Assembly: GCF_009914755.1 (NCBI RefSeq)
Contig: NC_060940.1
Origin: the human T2T-CHM13v2.0 reference genome, Homo sapiens
Length of the DNA: 64,000 bases
Strand: one strand, 5' to 3'
Both the position numbers and the translations under genes were made by a program. This document shows, in pieces, positions 43,330 through 58,515 of this stretch (position 1 is the stretch's first letter; each line of letters starts with the position of its first letter). A model generated the notes under the pieces. That model had not been told where the DNA came from. It saw nothing but the letters and a program-made list of their open reading frames with translations, and made no database searches.

Positions 43330-43815
43330 CACATATACAGAGGCTAAGCTATTTAGATGACCCTGAGTGGAATATCTTCCACTTGTCTTCTCGTATCCAC
43401 TTTCTACCCTTTTCCTCTTTGTCTTGTGCCATGAGAGGCTGACCTGTGTAGGCTACGTCCATAGGAAGAAAGAGAGTGGTGAGTGAGGTCTGGGTATTTA
43501 ATCCCTTAGACGCTCACTGCACCTTGCTGCAGGCTTGCTCTCTCTTTTGGCTGAAGTTTTCAGCGGCCACAGGATGGACCTCTGCACACAGTCCTGCCCA
43601 ATTTGTGCAAACTGTCCTCTCCTCTTACTCCATCAGCCCTAGGGATGGAAATAGAGCATCAGGGTACTGTAATATCTTCCATGAGTCCTACTGTAACACC
43701 TTCCATGGGTTTTATACCCTCTTTATCATGTTTTAAAAGAGGCCCTTTGTTAAACTCTCCTCAAATCATCCTAATTTCAAAGTGCCACATGTTTTCAGGT
43801 GGGATCCTACTTTTA
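43330..43815 (+). mobile_element. Ancient ERVL LTR (LTR33-like)
   Basis: gaggctgacctgtgtagg, gagtgaggtctgggtatt and ccctttgttaaactctcctcaaat motifs; boundaries approximate. Confidence 0.6.
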
Positions 43816-43853
43816 TAGACTTCATGTCACCTTATACTAGTACCACGTTACCA

Positions 43854-44036
43854 TTTATTGGACACTTGCTATATACTGGCCAATAAAAGTGTTATGCAAA
43901 TGTTCTCTTCTAATATTTTAAGAAGAAATAGAGAGTCACCAACTTTATTGGACACCTGCTATATACTGGCCAATAAAAGTGCTATGCAAATTTTCTCTTT
44001 TAATATTCTAATAAGAAATAGAGAGTCACTAACTTT
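43854..44036. repeat. Tandem duplication (90 bp x2)
   Basis: tttattggacac.tgctatatactggccaataaaagtg...agaaatagagagtcac.aac starts at 43854 and 43944. Confidence 0.93.
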
Positions 44037-44093
44037 CTTTTTACCTACCTGGAATCAAAGAACAAAATATGGCCATTAAAAGAGGCCATCTGG

Positions 44094-44176
44094 GGCTAGG
44101 CACAGTGGCTCAGTCCTGTGATTACAGCACTTTGAGAAGCAGAGGTGGGCAGATCAGTTGAGGCCAGGAGTTTGAG
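44094..44176 (+). mobile_element. Alu left-arm fragment
   Basis: ggctaggcacagtggctca...gaggccaggagtttgag, then ends abruptly. Confidence 0.85.
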
Positions 44177-44467
44177 GGAAATAATAATTTCCTTATTAGA
44201 GTCTATGTAATTTTACCAAGATCGTCAAAGTCCTTAGTAAATTTCTGCTTACAATAGAAATGATGTCACATTATAAGTCCCCAAATTCTAGAGCAATGGA
44301 GAGTGAGGTTTGGGAGGTAGGCAGGCACCTCATTATGATAAAGGCGATGATAATAACCTTGTCATTTGGGGGATTTTATTTTACTTTATTGCCTTAAAAT
44401 TCAATGCAGAGAAGTTGTTGGCTATAGGGGAAATAAACTTAATTCAAATTTTCTGTTTTTTAAAAAG

Positions 44468-44833
44468 TGTATTAGTCAGTTTTCATGCTGCTAATAAAGA
44501 CTTACCTGAGACTGGGTAATTTATGAAGAAAAAGGGGTTTAATGGACTCACAGTTCCACATGGCTGGAAAGGCATTACAATCATAGTGGAAAGTGAAGGA
44601 GAAGGAAAGGCACATCTCACATGGTGGCAGGCAAGAGAGTGTGTGCAGTGGAAGTGCCCTTTATCAAACCATCAGCTCTTGTGAGACTTATTCACTATCA
44701 CGAGAACAGCATGGGAAAAACCCACCCCCCATTATTCAATTACCTCCCACTGGGTCCCTCCCATGACACATGGGGATTGTGGGAGCTACAGTTCAAGATA
44801 AGATTTGGGTGGGAAGATAGCAAAACCGTATGA
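44468..44833 (-). mobile_element. THE1 MaLR solo LTR
   Basis: tgtattagtcagttttcatgctgctaataaagac...gagacttattcactatcacgagaacagcatgggaaa; TSD aaaag/aaaat. Confidence 0.93.
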
Positions 44834-45355
<522 letters not shown>

Positions 45356-45699
45356 TCAAATTTATACAGTATGTGCTGAGCTAAAGTGTTTTACATAGTT
45401 CATCTTTAATCTTCACAGCAAACCTATGGGTAAAGGTAGTATTGCTCTTCCCATTTTTTATATGGGGTTCCATAAACTCCATTTTGTACTTTTGCTTATG
45501 TCACCCTGTCCCACATCTTTCCACTACTCAATTTAAGTCCTACTCTTATCCAGTTCCAAATGAATTTCTGTCAGTCTTTTCCTGGAAGCTTTCTTCCAGT
45601 CCCTGGATAGAACCTCCTTTAGGCTTCAATGAGTGTGTTAGGAAGGTCTTCCTGATATGTGGATTGATCATGAAACAAATTGAAATATCATCTTAGGGA

Positions 45700-45960
45700 C
45701 ATGTGCATAATATGAAGCAGTACAGGACATTGTTTGAGGGTACCAGTTTAGAATGGGACTTTTTGGATAATCTTGGGCAACTTGCTTAATTCTTCTGTGC
45801 CTCAGTTTTCTAATATACAAAATAAATGTTGTGATAGAGCTATAGCAGAGGGCCGAAGCGAAAATTAAACTAATAAATGCATGTAAATTGCTAAGATTAG
45901 AACATTGCCTAGATTTAGTAAATGCTCAATTAATATTAGCCCTATTATTGTTGTTATTAT
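45700..45960 (+). mobile_element. MIR
   Basis: cttgggcaacttgcttaattcttctgtgcctcagttttc...agtaaatgctcaattaatattagc. Confidence 0.75.
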
Positions 45961-46788
45961 TTGTCCTTTTCTCCTAAGCTAATAGAATTCGAAAAGCTAT
46001 GTTAAATAAATAAAAATGTCTACCTAAAGACATTGGGAAAAAAATAGCACATATATCTGTCAATAAGACTGTGGGTGGGAAAAGTGAAGAATGTGTGCTT
46101 AAGACTTAAAATGTCTTCTGTATCACTAAGGAAATGGGTCACTGATCTTTTCCAACTTAATAAAATTATTGCTTCATCTCCTATTGTCCATGTGGTCTTG
46201 GATAAATAACTTAAACTCACAGAGTGTAAGTTTCTTCATCAGTATAAAAGATAACCATGAGTTAGTAAATCTAGGCCTTGTATTAGGTAATGTTTTTCAT
46301 TTGTTTGTAAGATACAAAAGCAACTGGATATCTGGAGCCCAAAGGGAATTTGCGTTACAGAAAACTTTGCATTTTAGGAAGGAGCCTGCAGCCCGAAGAG
46401 TTCTTGAACATCAGAAGCAGAAATTACGGGGTATCCCTTTAAGGCATCATGGTAAAAATGCCTCAGCTACAATTATTTCTGTCTCTGAGTCTCCAATAAA
46501 GTGTTATACACCAGTAGGGAAGACTGATCTAGCTGCAGATCCTTGTGCTTAGTGGCAGAGTCTTTTGTTTTAGCCCCAAAGAATACTAGAATTGGGAAAA
46601 GTCAGAACCCAAAGGTCAGGTTTATGAATAGATCTAATGCCTGACTCAGTTATAAATCTAGCATTCCTCTTTTATTGCTTTATGACCTTCAGCAAGTCAC
46701 TTTTCCCTCTCCAGGGACCTCTGGGAGAAGGATGAATGCAACCAGATTAACTTTACATTTACTCCCAGCTATGAATTATTTTTAAAAT

Positions 46789-46834
46789 ATGGCCTGTAGC
46801 TTTGCTCTTGCTGGCCTGTAGCTTTGCTCTTTGC
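46789..46834. repeat. 22-bp tandem duplication
   Basis: tggcctgtagctttgctctt(t)gc twice. Confidence 0.85.
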
Positions 46835-48233
46835 TAGATCACACGTATTCTAGTTTTAACATCTTTCTCTCTGCTTCAACAGTGATTTATGCCTGAATCT
46901 CCTGATGTCATTTTATTTGACTACTGAAAACACAACTAAAATGGCTACAATGGCTGCAGTTTAAAAATAAAAATTAAACATTACTGTATACACAAGTGGT
47001 GAGATGATTAACTAGAGGACAATCATGACTGTGTATACAGAATGGAAAAAAAATACATTCCAGGAATTAATAACGGAATGAATGAGCCTTGGCAGTTGCC
47101 ACTGTCGTCTCAAGGGAAGAAAAAGCTATCATTTGTAAAGGAGGAGTTGTTAGTTGAGAAAGTCAATATTGTGGGGGTTACAGTTTTTAAATCAACTGTG
47201 CTTAACTGGCTTTTTCCAAACTATCCTAAAAGTTAGACCATCAGAATGCAGAACTGTAGTGTATCTTTTGCCCTCGACATTTGTTGAAAGTTAATGTGAT
47301 AGTGAATTGAATAATGTGGAAACACCTGCTTGTAAAACCGTGGTTAAGTATATGACTTGACGCAATGTCTTCAAGAAAAGTCTGAGTCAATCACTGTGTT
47401 AATTAAAGAAGATAACAATGAAAGCCTCAGTTTCATTTGCTTTCAACATTTACTAAACAATTAACTACTTGCCAGAACTTGCCCCGTGATAACAGTGACT
47501 CCACTTTATCCGTTATCGCTTTCCCTGAGTCAACCACACTGTTTGGCATCCCCATGAAAAGCACTTTCTTTCCTTTCCTTTTGGAGCCTTCCATTGTAGT
47601 AACTTTCTCCTTTTCTTTTCCTCCCTTCCTCTTGGTTCTTATAATCTCCCACATCTTCATCACATTCATTTCTTCTTTAGGTGGATTTATATGATGCTTC
47701 CTATTAAAAATTAAAGAAGAGGTGGAGATTTACATGACGAGTCAAAGTATTTGAGTCTTTTTCCCCTTTTTTAAAAAAGATAATAGCTAGAAAATATAGA
47801 ACACCTATTTTTTTTTTTTTCCCAAAGCAGTACCTGCATTAAGTCTGGCTCTGAATGTGCTCATTCCTCCTGCTCTTTTTTGATTAAACTTGTGATGTGT
47901 TTATGTCTCACTTTATCTGTGCCTTCATCTGCAGACATTCTCATGCCCCTTTGAAGCCAGATGGGGCATAAATCTTAAATAAATAAATAAGTAAAAAATA
48001 TGATAAAAGATCACTACTCGGGTGAGCTTATACCATAAAAATGAATTCCGTAAGCATATAAATATATATGTGAATTCTGAAATAAAATACCATCTGCTTT
48101 TATAGAAAAAATATCACGTTAATTTTATATCACAACATGTTATCCTGTGGAAATTCAATCCAGCAATATAAATAATGAAAATATCTAAATATGTGGAGCT
48201 GAAATGATCTTCTCGCTTCTGCCAAATTAAAAG

Positions 48234-48266
<33 letters not shown>

Positions 48267-50555
48267 AACAATGTCACTTCACTGAGTTAGATTTTAAAGT
48301 CTGGAACTGGCAGATTTCCCCAGAGTTGCATCAGATATCAGAATCAAGGGTTATTAACATTACAAAGAGCACCACTGTCCTACAGCGTCCCCTTTATCAT
48401 TTTGAGCAGCCGCCTCAAGGCAACACGTTTAACCTTGGGAAATGTGATAGAAATTCTGGGTAGTCAAAACCTGCCAGTAGATTCCCTCAGCTGGGATCTA
48501 CTGTAAAGCTTTATTTAGCTGCAACACAGGAGGATGAAGCCTTTCTCATTTGATGTTTATCATTTTCATTCATGGCTCCTAAATCCCCTGTATACTGTTA
48601 CTGTTGCTTATAAACAGCAATATTCCGTTTGCTGGTGGGACATTTTTTCCTCTACTGAGAATGCCGCTACAAAGAAAGGTCTCCACGAAGGGTGTGCTAA
48701 ATAATTAAACGTAGATGCCCAGATGATTTTCTTCCGGGTATTTTAGACCAGGGGCCAAATTTGACTTTCTTTTTCTTTTTTTAAGAAAGTGGTCTGTTTT
48801 CCGTTTTGGCTGAAAAAAGCTGCTGCTTTCGTGGCTACTTGTTTAAGATTAGAAATCCATTAGAAAGAGATCTGGTGACTGAGTAGTGAACAGGTGTGCT
48901 TAAAAATGACTGGTGGCATTTACCATTGACAAAAGCAAAGTTGGTAAGATTTCTCAAGAGATTTAAGACTTTTTATACATGTGATCCAGTAATTTCAGTT
49001 CTAGGAATCTATCTTATGAGGATACTATTAATTCTGAAGACTGTGGGCTACTGTTTTTTGCTGGATACTAATCTCTTTTAATTCTTAAAACAACCCTATA
49101 AATTCAACATTATCAATGAGGAAACTGAAACACAGAGAGTTTTAGCAGCTTTCTGAGATCCCACAGATAGGAAATAGTAAAGTCAGGTCTTTAAGCCAGG
49201 AAATCAAACATCAGTGTTTGAGCATATAAACACTAAACCTCGACACTTTGTGCGAAATTTATCTCCTAAATTATATGTTACTATTATATTTCTGAATATC
49301 TAAAAGTTAAAAAAAATTAAAGGGAATGATTATGTGAAGTACATTACATCAAATGTTATAAACTGAGTTTTTATATTGACAGCTTTTAAAACATACTCCT
49401 GAATGTTAATGTAGAATAAATGTTAATGCAAAATAAAAACACATTTATTTAAGCTATGAGTAGCAGAAAGATAGAAAAAGCACCAAAATGCCGATAATGA
49501 TTGTATTTAAGTTGTGCAAACATATTAGAATATTTCTCTATTCTACCTTTTTTCTGTTTTGTAATTATCTCTAATAAGTATATTATTGTAGAAATTATAA
49601 ATACATTTATTTTGAAGTTGGACATTTAAAAAATATCTGTCAAGGACACTGGAAACATGTTTTTAACTTTTTAAAGTTAAAAATCTTCTACTTTCTTTTA
49701 TAGGTCACTCTATAATCAGAAAAATAGAGAAAATATTGACTTTCATCCTCAGTTTTAGTTGGTATATAAAGATGTATAGGACTTTCTGATACCAAGGTCA
49801 ATGTACTAATCTAGCTGAAAACTTAAAGCGAGAACAAATTTTGCCTCAGGTCACAAAGAGGTTCAGATTTACAAAACTTTCAGATTATGTATATGTAGGG
49901 ACATCTGGTGTTATACCTTATGCTAAATCTAGAGTTTCAAAAATATTTTAACATTTCCATTTTAAAGCCATGGCTGTTTGTATCTGTGAACTACCTGCCT
50001 ACTCAGATGGCTTCATTCAGGTATGATTGCTCATCTAAGAAAATTAAGAGAAAATGTATACTTGGCATGCTCTAGCATTTGCCCTATGAAACTGATCAAA
50101 CAACCTGATCAATTAGCCAATTTACAGTATATTTTATACCAGTTCCATTGAAAAACAACAACTATTACTACGCTTTTTAAGCAGATGAAAACTCCTCACC
50201 TTGGGTGCCATATCTCTGATCCCCAAATTTGTGGATAAACTTTGACTCTGTATGTCACCTGGGCCCCAATACAGATTCCACTCTCTCCTTCCCATCTCTA
50301 ATCTTACCTCTTACTTGTTTCTGGCATAGGAAGATTTATCCATTAAATGCTGATCTACATCTTTATTGGCTTTGTGACTATTTTTGTCCTTAAGCTCCTA
50401 TTGATGTAACATACTTTCACCTGAATCCGTTTATTTTCTCTCTTTTTTTCAATCCAGAATTCTATGTTTCTTCCAGTATGGTTACTGTTTCTTATTATTT
50501 TGCTCACCAAATTAAAGCTTGGAAAAGCTCAAGTTGGTTCCTCTTTTTCACAGAT

Positions 50556-50758
50556 CACTGCTATCCAATAAACCTGCGATGGTGGAGATGTTTTGTATTC
50601 ACACAGTCCAATATGGTAATCAGCAGCCACATCTGGCCACTGAGCACCTTGAATATGGCTAGTGTAACTGAGAAGCTGAATTTTAAGTTTTGTTTAATTT
50701 TACTTAATGTAAATTGAAGTAACCACGTGGCTGGTGGCCACCATATCAGACAGTGCAG
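50556..50758. mobile_element. MER3 (hAT-Charlie)
   Basis: gtccaatatggta...agccacatctggccactgagcac...aatatggctagtgtaactgagaagctgaatttt...cagacagtgcag. Confidence 0.85.
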
Positions 50759-53492
50759 ATTTAGTATATCCCTGTAGATTAATAAAATCCTAACCTATTG
50801 CTATGTTTAGAGAAAAACTGGAGTACACTGAAGCATTCATCTATTTTCACATTCCATTGATTATCTCCCCTGTCTGTTATAACCTTTCCATTGTTTCTCC
50901 TTTCTTCTCTTCCATTGTTCCTCCCTCTTGCAACAGGAGCCTTTGATACAGGGTCAGCAGTGTGCAGATAGAAAACGCTGAGACTATATGGAATAAATCG
51001 TAATTGTTTGCCCACAAAAACCGAGTGGAGAGAATTGACCATGGAGAAGCCTCAAGACTTTCCTCCTCTTTAATCAATTCTACCTTCTAAGAGGAAGATT
51101 TCTGTTCAAGGACAAAACAATAAAAATTTGACAGGAGCATCCTCTAGGGTTTCTAATATTCATGAATCCAGACCAGCCAATACATTCTCTTCTTTGTGTA
51201 AGCTAGTTTAAAATTAGTTTCTATCAACTAAAAAGTGCTCCCTAATTCTAAAAGTTAGGATGAAGATCATTTGAATGATATATGTGAAATAGCATGGCAC
51301 TGTGATTACATAAAAAGTATTTTTCCCCCAGATTTCATCTGATACCATGCAGAATGAGACACTCTTTTAATGGACCTGTTCACCTAGCACATTCATGGAA
51401 ATCCTGGGATTCTCTGGCTTTGGAGCACAGAATTGTATCTTAGAGTCCATGATTGTTTCACATGTTCTGCCCTCTGGTTCCCTTAAAGACTCTGATAGGT
51501 GTGAGTTGTTTTTGGACCTTATTAAGTGTGTCATTGATATTTTCCCTTGGCTTGATGCCACATGATGGGCTACAAGGTCTGCTGCAGCTTGGCGGTTTCC
51601 ATGCTGGGCACAGCTGCCAGCTCTTTGCCTTCATTTCAGAGAATCTGATGCAACTGGCAAGAGATCAGAAGGCGAGCCAGAGAATAATTGGGGTTTCTCT
51701 TTAGCAAAGGAGAAATGGAAAAATCATCTTCTAGACCTTTTCTCTGCCCCAGCTGTTTTTGGGCAGTTCCACCATTTCACTGATGAAATACCGGATTTCT
51801 TTCTTTATTTTTTTTTCCTATTCACATGCCCCAGCTCACAGTGGGGAAACAGAATTGTCCCATTTTTATTATATTACTTGCTGTTTTAGCACAACACTGT
51901 GCTTGAAGTTATAGCACAAAGAGACAGCTGTTACACAGAAGGATATGCCCTGCCTGCTGGGAACAGACTCTCCAAATTCATCCCTGAGCCATGGATTGTG
52001 AATCAACTTATTAGTCTTTTCTAAAAGGCAAATGGAAGTGGAAGGACTGTCCTCTTCAGTTACTCAGTTGACTAATGCTTGGCTCATTAATATGATTTGG
52101 AGTTGGAAGTGAGAGAATCAAGAAAAGCTGAAACGTGTATATCTAAAGACAAAGGGGAAGATGTTGGAGGGTCACAAAAGGGAACAAGTAATGATACTAT
52201 ACAAGATGAAGAGAGAAGAAATGTAAAACTCTTTCAAGTTAGTAAAATAAAAAGAATTAGGATGGGGATATAAAATTTATAAGAGGCCAAAATGCCACTG
52301 GGATGCTTGGTGAGTGTTCAATATGATAAATATTTAATACAAAGCCAAACGATCTAAATTGTCTTGGGAACATGTTCATATCTAAGTAAGGTCTAGAATA
52401 TTGATGGTAGCAAGGCTATATTCACCTTCCTATGGTAATGCTAAAAGTTTAATATGAATTCTACACCATGCAAAGTGATTTGCTAACATCATTGTATTTA
52501 CTCAGCATGATGCTTTCATGAAATAGATAATATTAATTCTATTTTACATATGAAGAAACTGAGACTAAAAGTAGATAAAACCTTGACCATACTCACAGGG
52601 AGTTGGATCCAAACTCATGGGTGTCTGAACCCAAGCCTATTACCTTATCTCTATACTGACGCCACTGCGCAATGGCAGCTGGTACTCAGGAGCAATGAAC
52701 AATGACCAGCAATCCTACATAGCTGATCCTCTTCAGCCAACAAGCTCTAAGCTCTTGACTTCATAATCCCTGACACATTTCCTATCCCTCTTCTCTCCTT
52801 TTTGTCTATGGGCTTCACCTTTTCTTTGTCTCTTTGCTGCCAATGTCTCTATTGTGTTACACGGAGATGGGGAAGGACTTGGGTATTTGGTGTAAGGGGA
52901 GAAATACTTTAAGGAATGGAGGGTTGTGGGTGGGGTTAGAAAAATTGGCATGAAGTTGATTTATTTGAAAGTATTGAGAAAACCAAACTAGTTGAAGTGA
53001 GTAAATAATGATAATTTTTTAAAAAGTTATTTTAAGTAACAAATTCTTTTCCTTGGTTTGTTTGCTGTAAATACATACCAGTTATTTTTTAAGGCTTTAA
53101 TCATTATCCAGAAATTTAAAATAATATTATTATGTCATCTAAAATTATTTTTCCTAAAAAATTTCAAGTTTCTATTATGAAAATCAAGATATATCATGTT
53201 ATTCTTAAGTGTTAGAGCAGTACTGCTAAAAGCAGTTTGGGAAAAAGTGGCCTAAGATGATTTCTTCCTTATTGTGATTGGATCTTTTTTTGTTTTGTTT
53301 TGTTTTGTAGAAGACAGGTTAAATTCTTTTATTTCAGACACAAAGCATTAATTCTTCCCTACTTTCGTTTCTCCATCTCTGTAGGAGTAAATGTTGGCAA
53401 CTTCCAGAGTGTATTTGATTTCAGGTGAATATCCTAAGGCTTTGGAAATGAAATTAAAAAGGACTTGTGGGCAAAAGATCCCATCCGTAGGT

Positions 53493-53722
53493 TTTTTTTT
53501 TTTTTTTTTTTTTAAATTGAGGTTAAAATTTACATAACACAAGATTCACCATTTTAATAATTTTAAAGTGTACAATTCATTCACTTTTAGTACATTCACA
53601 ATGCTGTGCAACCGTCACCGCTACCTAATTCCAGAACATTTTCATCACCCCAAAAAGAAACCCCATACTCATTAAGCAGCCATTCCTTATTCTGCCTTTT
53701 CCTCCAGGCCCTGCAAGTCACC
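53493..53722 (-). mobile_element. L1MB-type 3' end fragment
   Basis: T tail, then ttttaaagtgtacaattca...ttccagaacattttcatcaccccaaaaagaaacccc. Confidence 0.88.
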
Positions 53723-54200
53723 AGTTGGTATAATTTGCCCTGAGCCCCCTATCTGGTTTTTCTGTGCTCACATAAGCTTTTCCATAGGTTGAGCGATTTT
53801 CATGACTGCTTTGTCCTTGCCAGGACACTATCCCAAATCATATCCTTGACCTTCTTGGGTTGATCACTCCCATCTTTTAGAGTTTGCTGGACTTGTAATA
53901 AGCAAGTTTGTTTCATTCAATTGTATTTTGCATGTTTACTACAGTGAACTTGACTTTGCTGTGGTTGAGGTAGCTGAGAAGGGGATACCCAGATCATCTG
54001 GTTGGGCGAGGAGGTGATAGTGAGAGATAGGAACATTTAAATAAACTATAACAGTGTATCATAGTGAAGGACCATAACACATGAAGGGTTAGGAGTCATG
54101 AATAATCAGAGCATGCTCTTTATAGAGGGTAGTCTGGCATCATTGTGGCTTAGTATCATTCCTTCGTATACACCAAGTCAGGGAGAAAAAGCAAAGCTGA

Positions 54201-54499
<299 letters not shown>

Positions 54500-55131
54500 G
54501 CAAAGCTGAAGGCAGGCCATGGTGTTCACTGAGGACCACCTTTGTACTTGTTCCCCTGCCCTGTGATTGACTGCTTTCTTCCTTTCTCTCCAATCACTGG
54601 CTTTATAGTCCAACTTTTGATAATTTTTTATGACTTTTCTTGCTTTGCGAACTATTATATATGAAATGTATTCCTTGGCTTATACATTAAAATAACAAAA
54701 CAAAACAGGAGAAATAAACTTATTTTGCTGCTTGAATCTAGGATTAAATATAACTACAGCACATGCAGTCCGTGACGCAGTGCCCCCTGAGCAAGACCAT
54801 CTTTCTTAATGTTCTCGTTAAATGAGAAGGTGTAGGTTTTGTTTTCCCCAATTTGTATCTGTGATGGTGGCTCCAGACTTAGTATTTTCATATGTTAAAA
54901 TGCTTTCTCCAACTACTCACTCTGGTAATTGTAGCTCTTCATGACATTCTGAATTCCATTTAACACCTCCTGATATTTTAAGAAACTCAGAATTTTATTC
55001 ATTGATTTCTTAAATTTTATATTATTGCAAAAAAAGTAAAGATAATTTTATGAAATGCAAATGATGCAAAAAGCCTCCTGAATATATAAATGAGCGATAA
55101 AATAGGGGCAAAGAAAAAGAAAAAGTGAGAG

Positions 55132-55429
<298 letters not shown>

Positions 55430-56631
55430 GACAATCCAGGGTTGATTAAAGATGAAAAGAAGCACATTGTGAGTTAGAGATGAGCTACCTATTTGTCTGG
55501 CATCCTCCAGGGAGTTCACAAACTTCATCATTCATTACCCCTTTTAATTATTTGTAACTTCTTCTTCACTTTCATGAGATGGTGAGCTCATTATGAGCTT
55601 CTTAATAATACTCTGCATCCTGTCCAGTAAAACCCAATAATAGGTCCTTGGTCCAGAAAATTTCTAGAAAATGTTTGTATAAATTCCTTGCACTGTGAGA
55701 ATTAGTATGAACTAATAAAAGAATCATTGAAAGAACAAATAACTGGCAAACATTTGCCTAATGTGGAATTTGGGGAGGTGCCAGGAGGTGAAAGTAAATG
55801 GGTAGAAATTCCTGCTTGGGACTAGTTCAGAAGATAAGACTTCAGTATTTCTTTATGGTCAAAGTTAAGAAGCCAGTGCCACACAGATGTGGCTCATATG
55901 ATCTTTGGGAACATAGGATGTGATGAACTCTGAGCTTATACAAACTTGGAGAACATTATTGGTTCTCTAGCATTCTTTATGGGAGCTTAGTAATGTGGAT
56001 CAAGCCCAACTGAGAGATACTTTTACAATGATTTATATGCCCCAATATTATGATATTATCTCTAGTCTCTTCCCAATTCCATCCCTGTCCGTTACTATGA
56101 AAACTGATATAATCAAAGGGACGGGGCAGAGGCGAAGGGTATCTGGTGTTTTATCTTGTCCGAGGGTCATGTTTCAGGCCTTGCTATTTTATCACGGACC
56201 CCACCATCAAATAGGCTGTGGCCAGGTAATTAAAGTCCTAATTACCTTAAAAAAAAAAAAAAAAAAAAAAAGAAGCCAGTGCCCTAGACTCAAAATACCA
56301 TGTCCCAAAGGGTGCTACAGATAGGAACAGATCTGACCATGGATTCAGTCAACTTTGGTGGAAACACTCTCATACTAATTAGGAACTCCGTGGCCCTGCA
56401 CAGACCCCTTAGCTTTTCCCAGTTTGAATCAAATTTACAGTTCCCAAGATGTGAAATTGTGACACTGCAATCTGTGTTTCAGAGCATATAGCTTCTCTCA
56501 AGCTTCACTTTTACTAGCCCTTCTCAATTTCTCTTTGCCTTTATATTTTTACATTCTTTCAGTTTTAAAGAATTGTAGTGTAACATTAGCTTTAAGCCAA
56601 GTGTTTTTTATTTTTTTTCTTGAAATGGGTA

Positions 56632-57330
56632 GTGCTTCAGTTATCTATTGCTATATAACAAATCACTGAAACTTAGTCATGGGAAGAAGCAACAATGATT
56701 TTGTTATGTTCATGGATTCTGTGGGTCAGACATTCAACAGGACACACTGGGATAGATGGCTTCTTTCTGTTCCATGATATGGGGCCTGTGAGACTTGAAT
56801 GGCTGGGATCATCTAGAGCAGAGGTGTCCAATCTTTTGGCCTCCCTGGGCCACACATAAAATACACTAACACTAATGATAGCTGGTGAGCTAAAAAAAAT
56901 TGCAAAAAAATTCTCATAATGTTTTAAGAAAGTTTACGAATTTGTGTTGGGCCACATTCAAAGCCATCCTGGGCTACATATGGTCCGTAGGCCACAGGTT
57001 GGACAAACTTGATCTGGAGGTTTCTTCATTCACATGCCTGGGGTATGGGCTGAGATAACTCAAAGGCTAAGCTAAGCTGGGACTGTGGATAGGAGCACCC
57101 ACGTGGGGACCTTCTCACTCGTATTTTCCCAGAAGGGGAAGCAACCTGAGAGCAGGTGTTTAAGAGAACTAGGCACAGTGCCTCTTCTGCCACATTTCCT
57201 CTGTTGAAGCAGTCACAAGCTTCCCCCTCTATCCCTCAGGTTTGAGGGAAGGAGACATATACTCAATCTCTCAATTGGGAGGAATGCCAAAGAATTTGTG
57301 ACTATTTTTTTCTTGTGTTTCTACCATAAC
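56632..57330 (-). mobile_element. MLT1H/J-like MaLR LTR, split by MER30
   Basis: tcagttatctattgctatataacaaatcac...ttctgccacatt...aagcagtcacaag...gggaggaatgccaaagaatttgtgac. Confidence 0.75.
56819..57011 (+). mobile_element. MER30 (hAT-Charlie)
   Basis: cagaggtgtccaatcttttggc...ggttggacaaacttg terminal inverted repeats; 8-bp TSD atct(a/g)gag. Confidence 0.93.
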
Positions 57331-57426
57331 AAGGTAATTACCTGCTTGAGGTTCAGTGGTTCAGTGCCTGTCTGTATAATGAATGTGGCTTCCAGGGTTA
57401 TCAGAAGGATTAGAAATAATCTTTGT

Positions 57427-57750
57427 CAGGATTCTGCACACTTTTTCCTTAAAGGACTAGATAGAAAATATTTTCAGCTTTGTAGTCACATGGCTTTTGT
57501 AGACACTACTCAATTCTGTTGTTGTGCACTTCAGCAGCCATAGACAATGCATACACGAATCCTTGTGGCTCTGTGCCACATTTTTATTTATGAATACTGC
57601 AATTTTGAATTTCATGTAATGTTCATCTGTCATGAAATATCATTCTTCTCTTGATATGTTTTAACTATTTGAAAATATAAAGAACATCCTCACCTTGTGG
57701 GCTATACAAAAGCAAGTACCAGGTTTGCAGTTGAGCCATAGCATGTGGAT
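57427..57750 (+). mobile_element. MER58B-like (hAT-Charlie)
   Basis: actactcaattctg...gcagccatagacaat...tttgaatttcatgtaat...gtcatgaaatatcattcttc. Confidence 0.8.
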
Positions 57751-58269
57751 GTAAGAAAATAACCTTTCACAGTGCATGGTATGTGTTAGGTGGTGAATAA
57801 TTATTACACATATAGTTATTATACTGGTACATTCATACAGTCATATCAGAAAGGCAGCTGACTTGGTTTAGTTTTCTCAAGGGCACGGAGGTTACATAAT
57901 ACAATGTATAGATAGGTTAAAATAAAGTTGTCATAGATATTTTAGAGATGACACAAATACTTTGCAGTGTCATGGGTTAGTGGACAGTGAACAGATACTG
58001 TTATTGCAAGTAACTTTCCCCACTTACTGTTTACTTGAACTTCGTGAGTCATTGACCCTCAGTGGCAATTAGGACCTGATGCCAAAACATTGTGGAAATA
58101 TCTCAATATGCATTACACTGTTTGGTATAGACATTTCTTCATATTTGTTACTAAGATGCCCACCCTTTCCTTTTATTTATTTTTCTATTGCAACTCTGTC
58201 ATTTTTTCCTTGAAACCATTCCTCAACCACGTTTTTATTTACAGAGTACTCACACATGGCTTATTAAAT

Positions 58270-58515
58270 GAACACATAGTGAAGTGGTTAAAGATTTGAT
58301 CTTCAGAGTCTAATGTCTTTGTCTTCAGTACTTGGCTCTACCACTTGTCAGTTTTGTGAACTTGGGCAAGTTATTTCACTTTTTTGAGTTTCAAGGCTTT
58401 CATCTCTAAAGTAAAGAAATGAATCAATGTATCCTGTAGGGGCTCCACAAGCATTCAATAAGATTATGTATGACAAGTGCTGGTTTGTAGTAAATGCTTA
58501 GTAAATATTTGCTAA
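58270..58515 (+). mobile_element. MIR
   Basis: tggctctaccactt...tgtgaacttgggcaagttatttcac...tagtaaatgcttagtaaatattt. Confidence 0.8.

Noticed and set aside
48235-48263. Long T run as the tail of a retroposed insert
   Set aside because: No element body or TSD is visible; treated as a simple homopolymer. The same applies to the A run at about 56249-56271.
51462-51482. CTCF-like motif (GAACCAGAGGGCAG on the minus strand)
   Set aside because: Mismatches at the first two core positions; not supportable from sequence alone.
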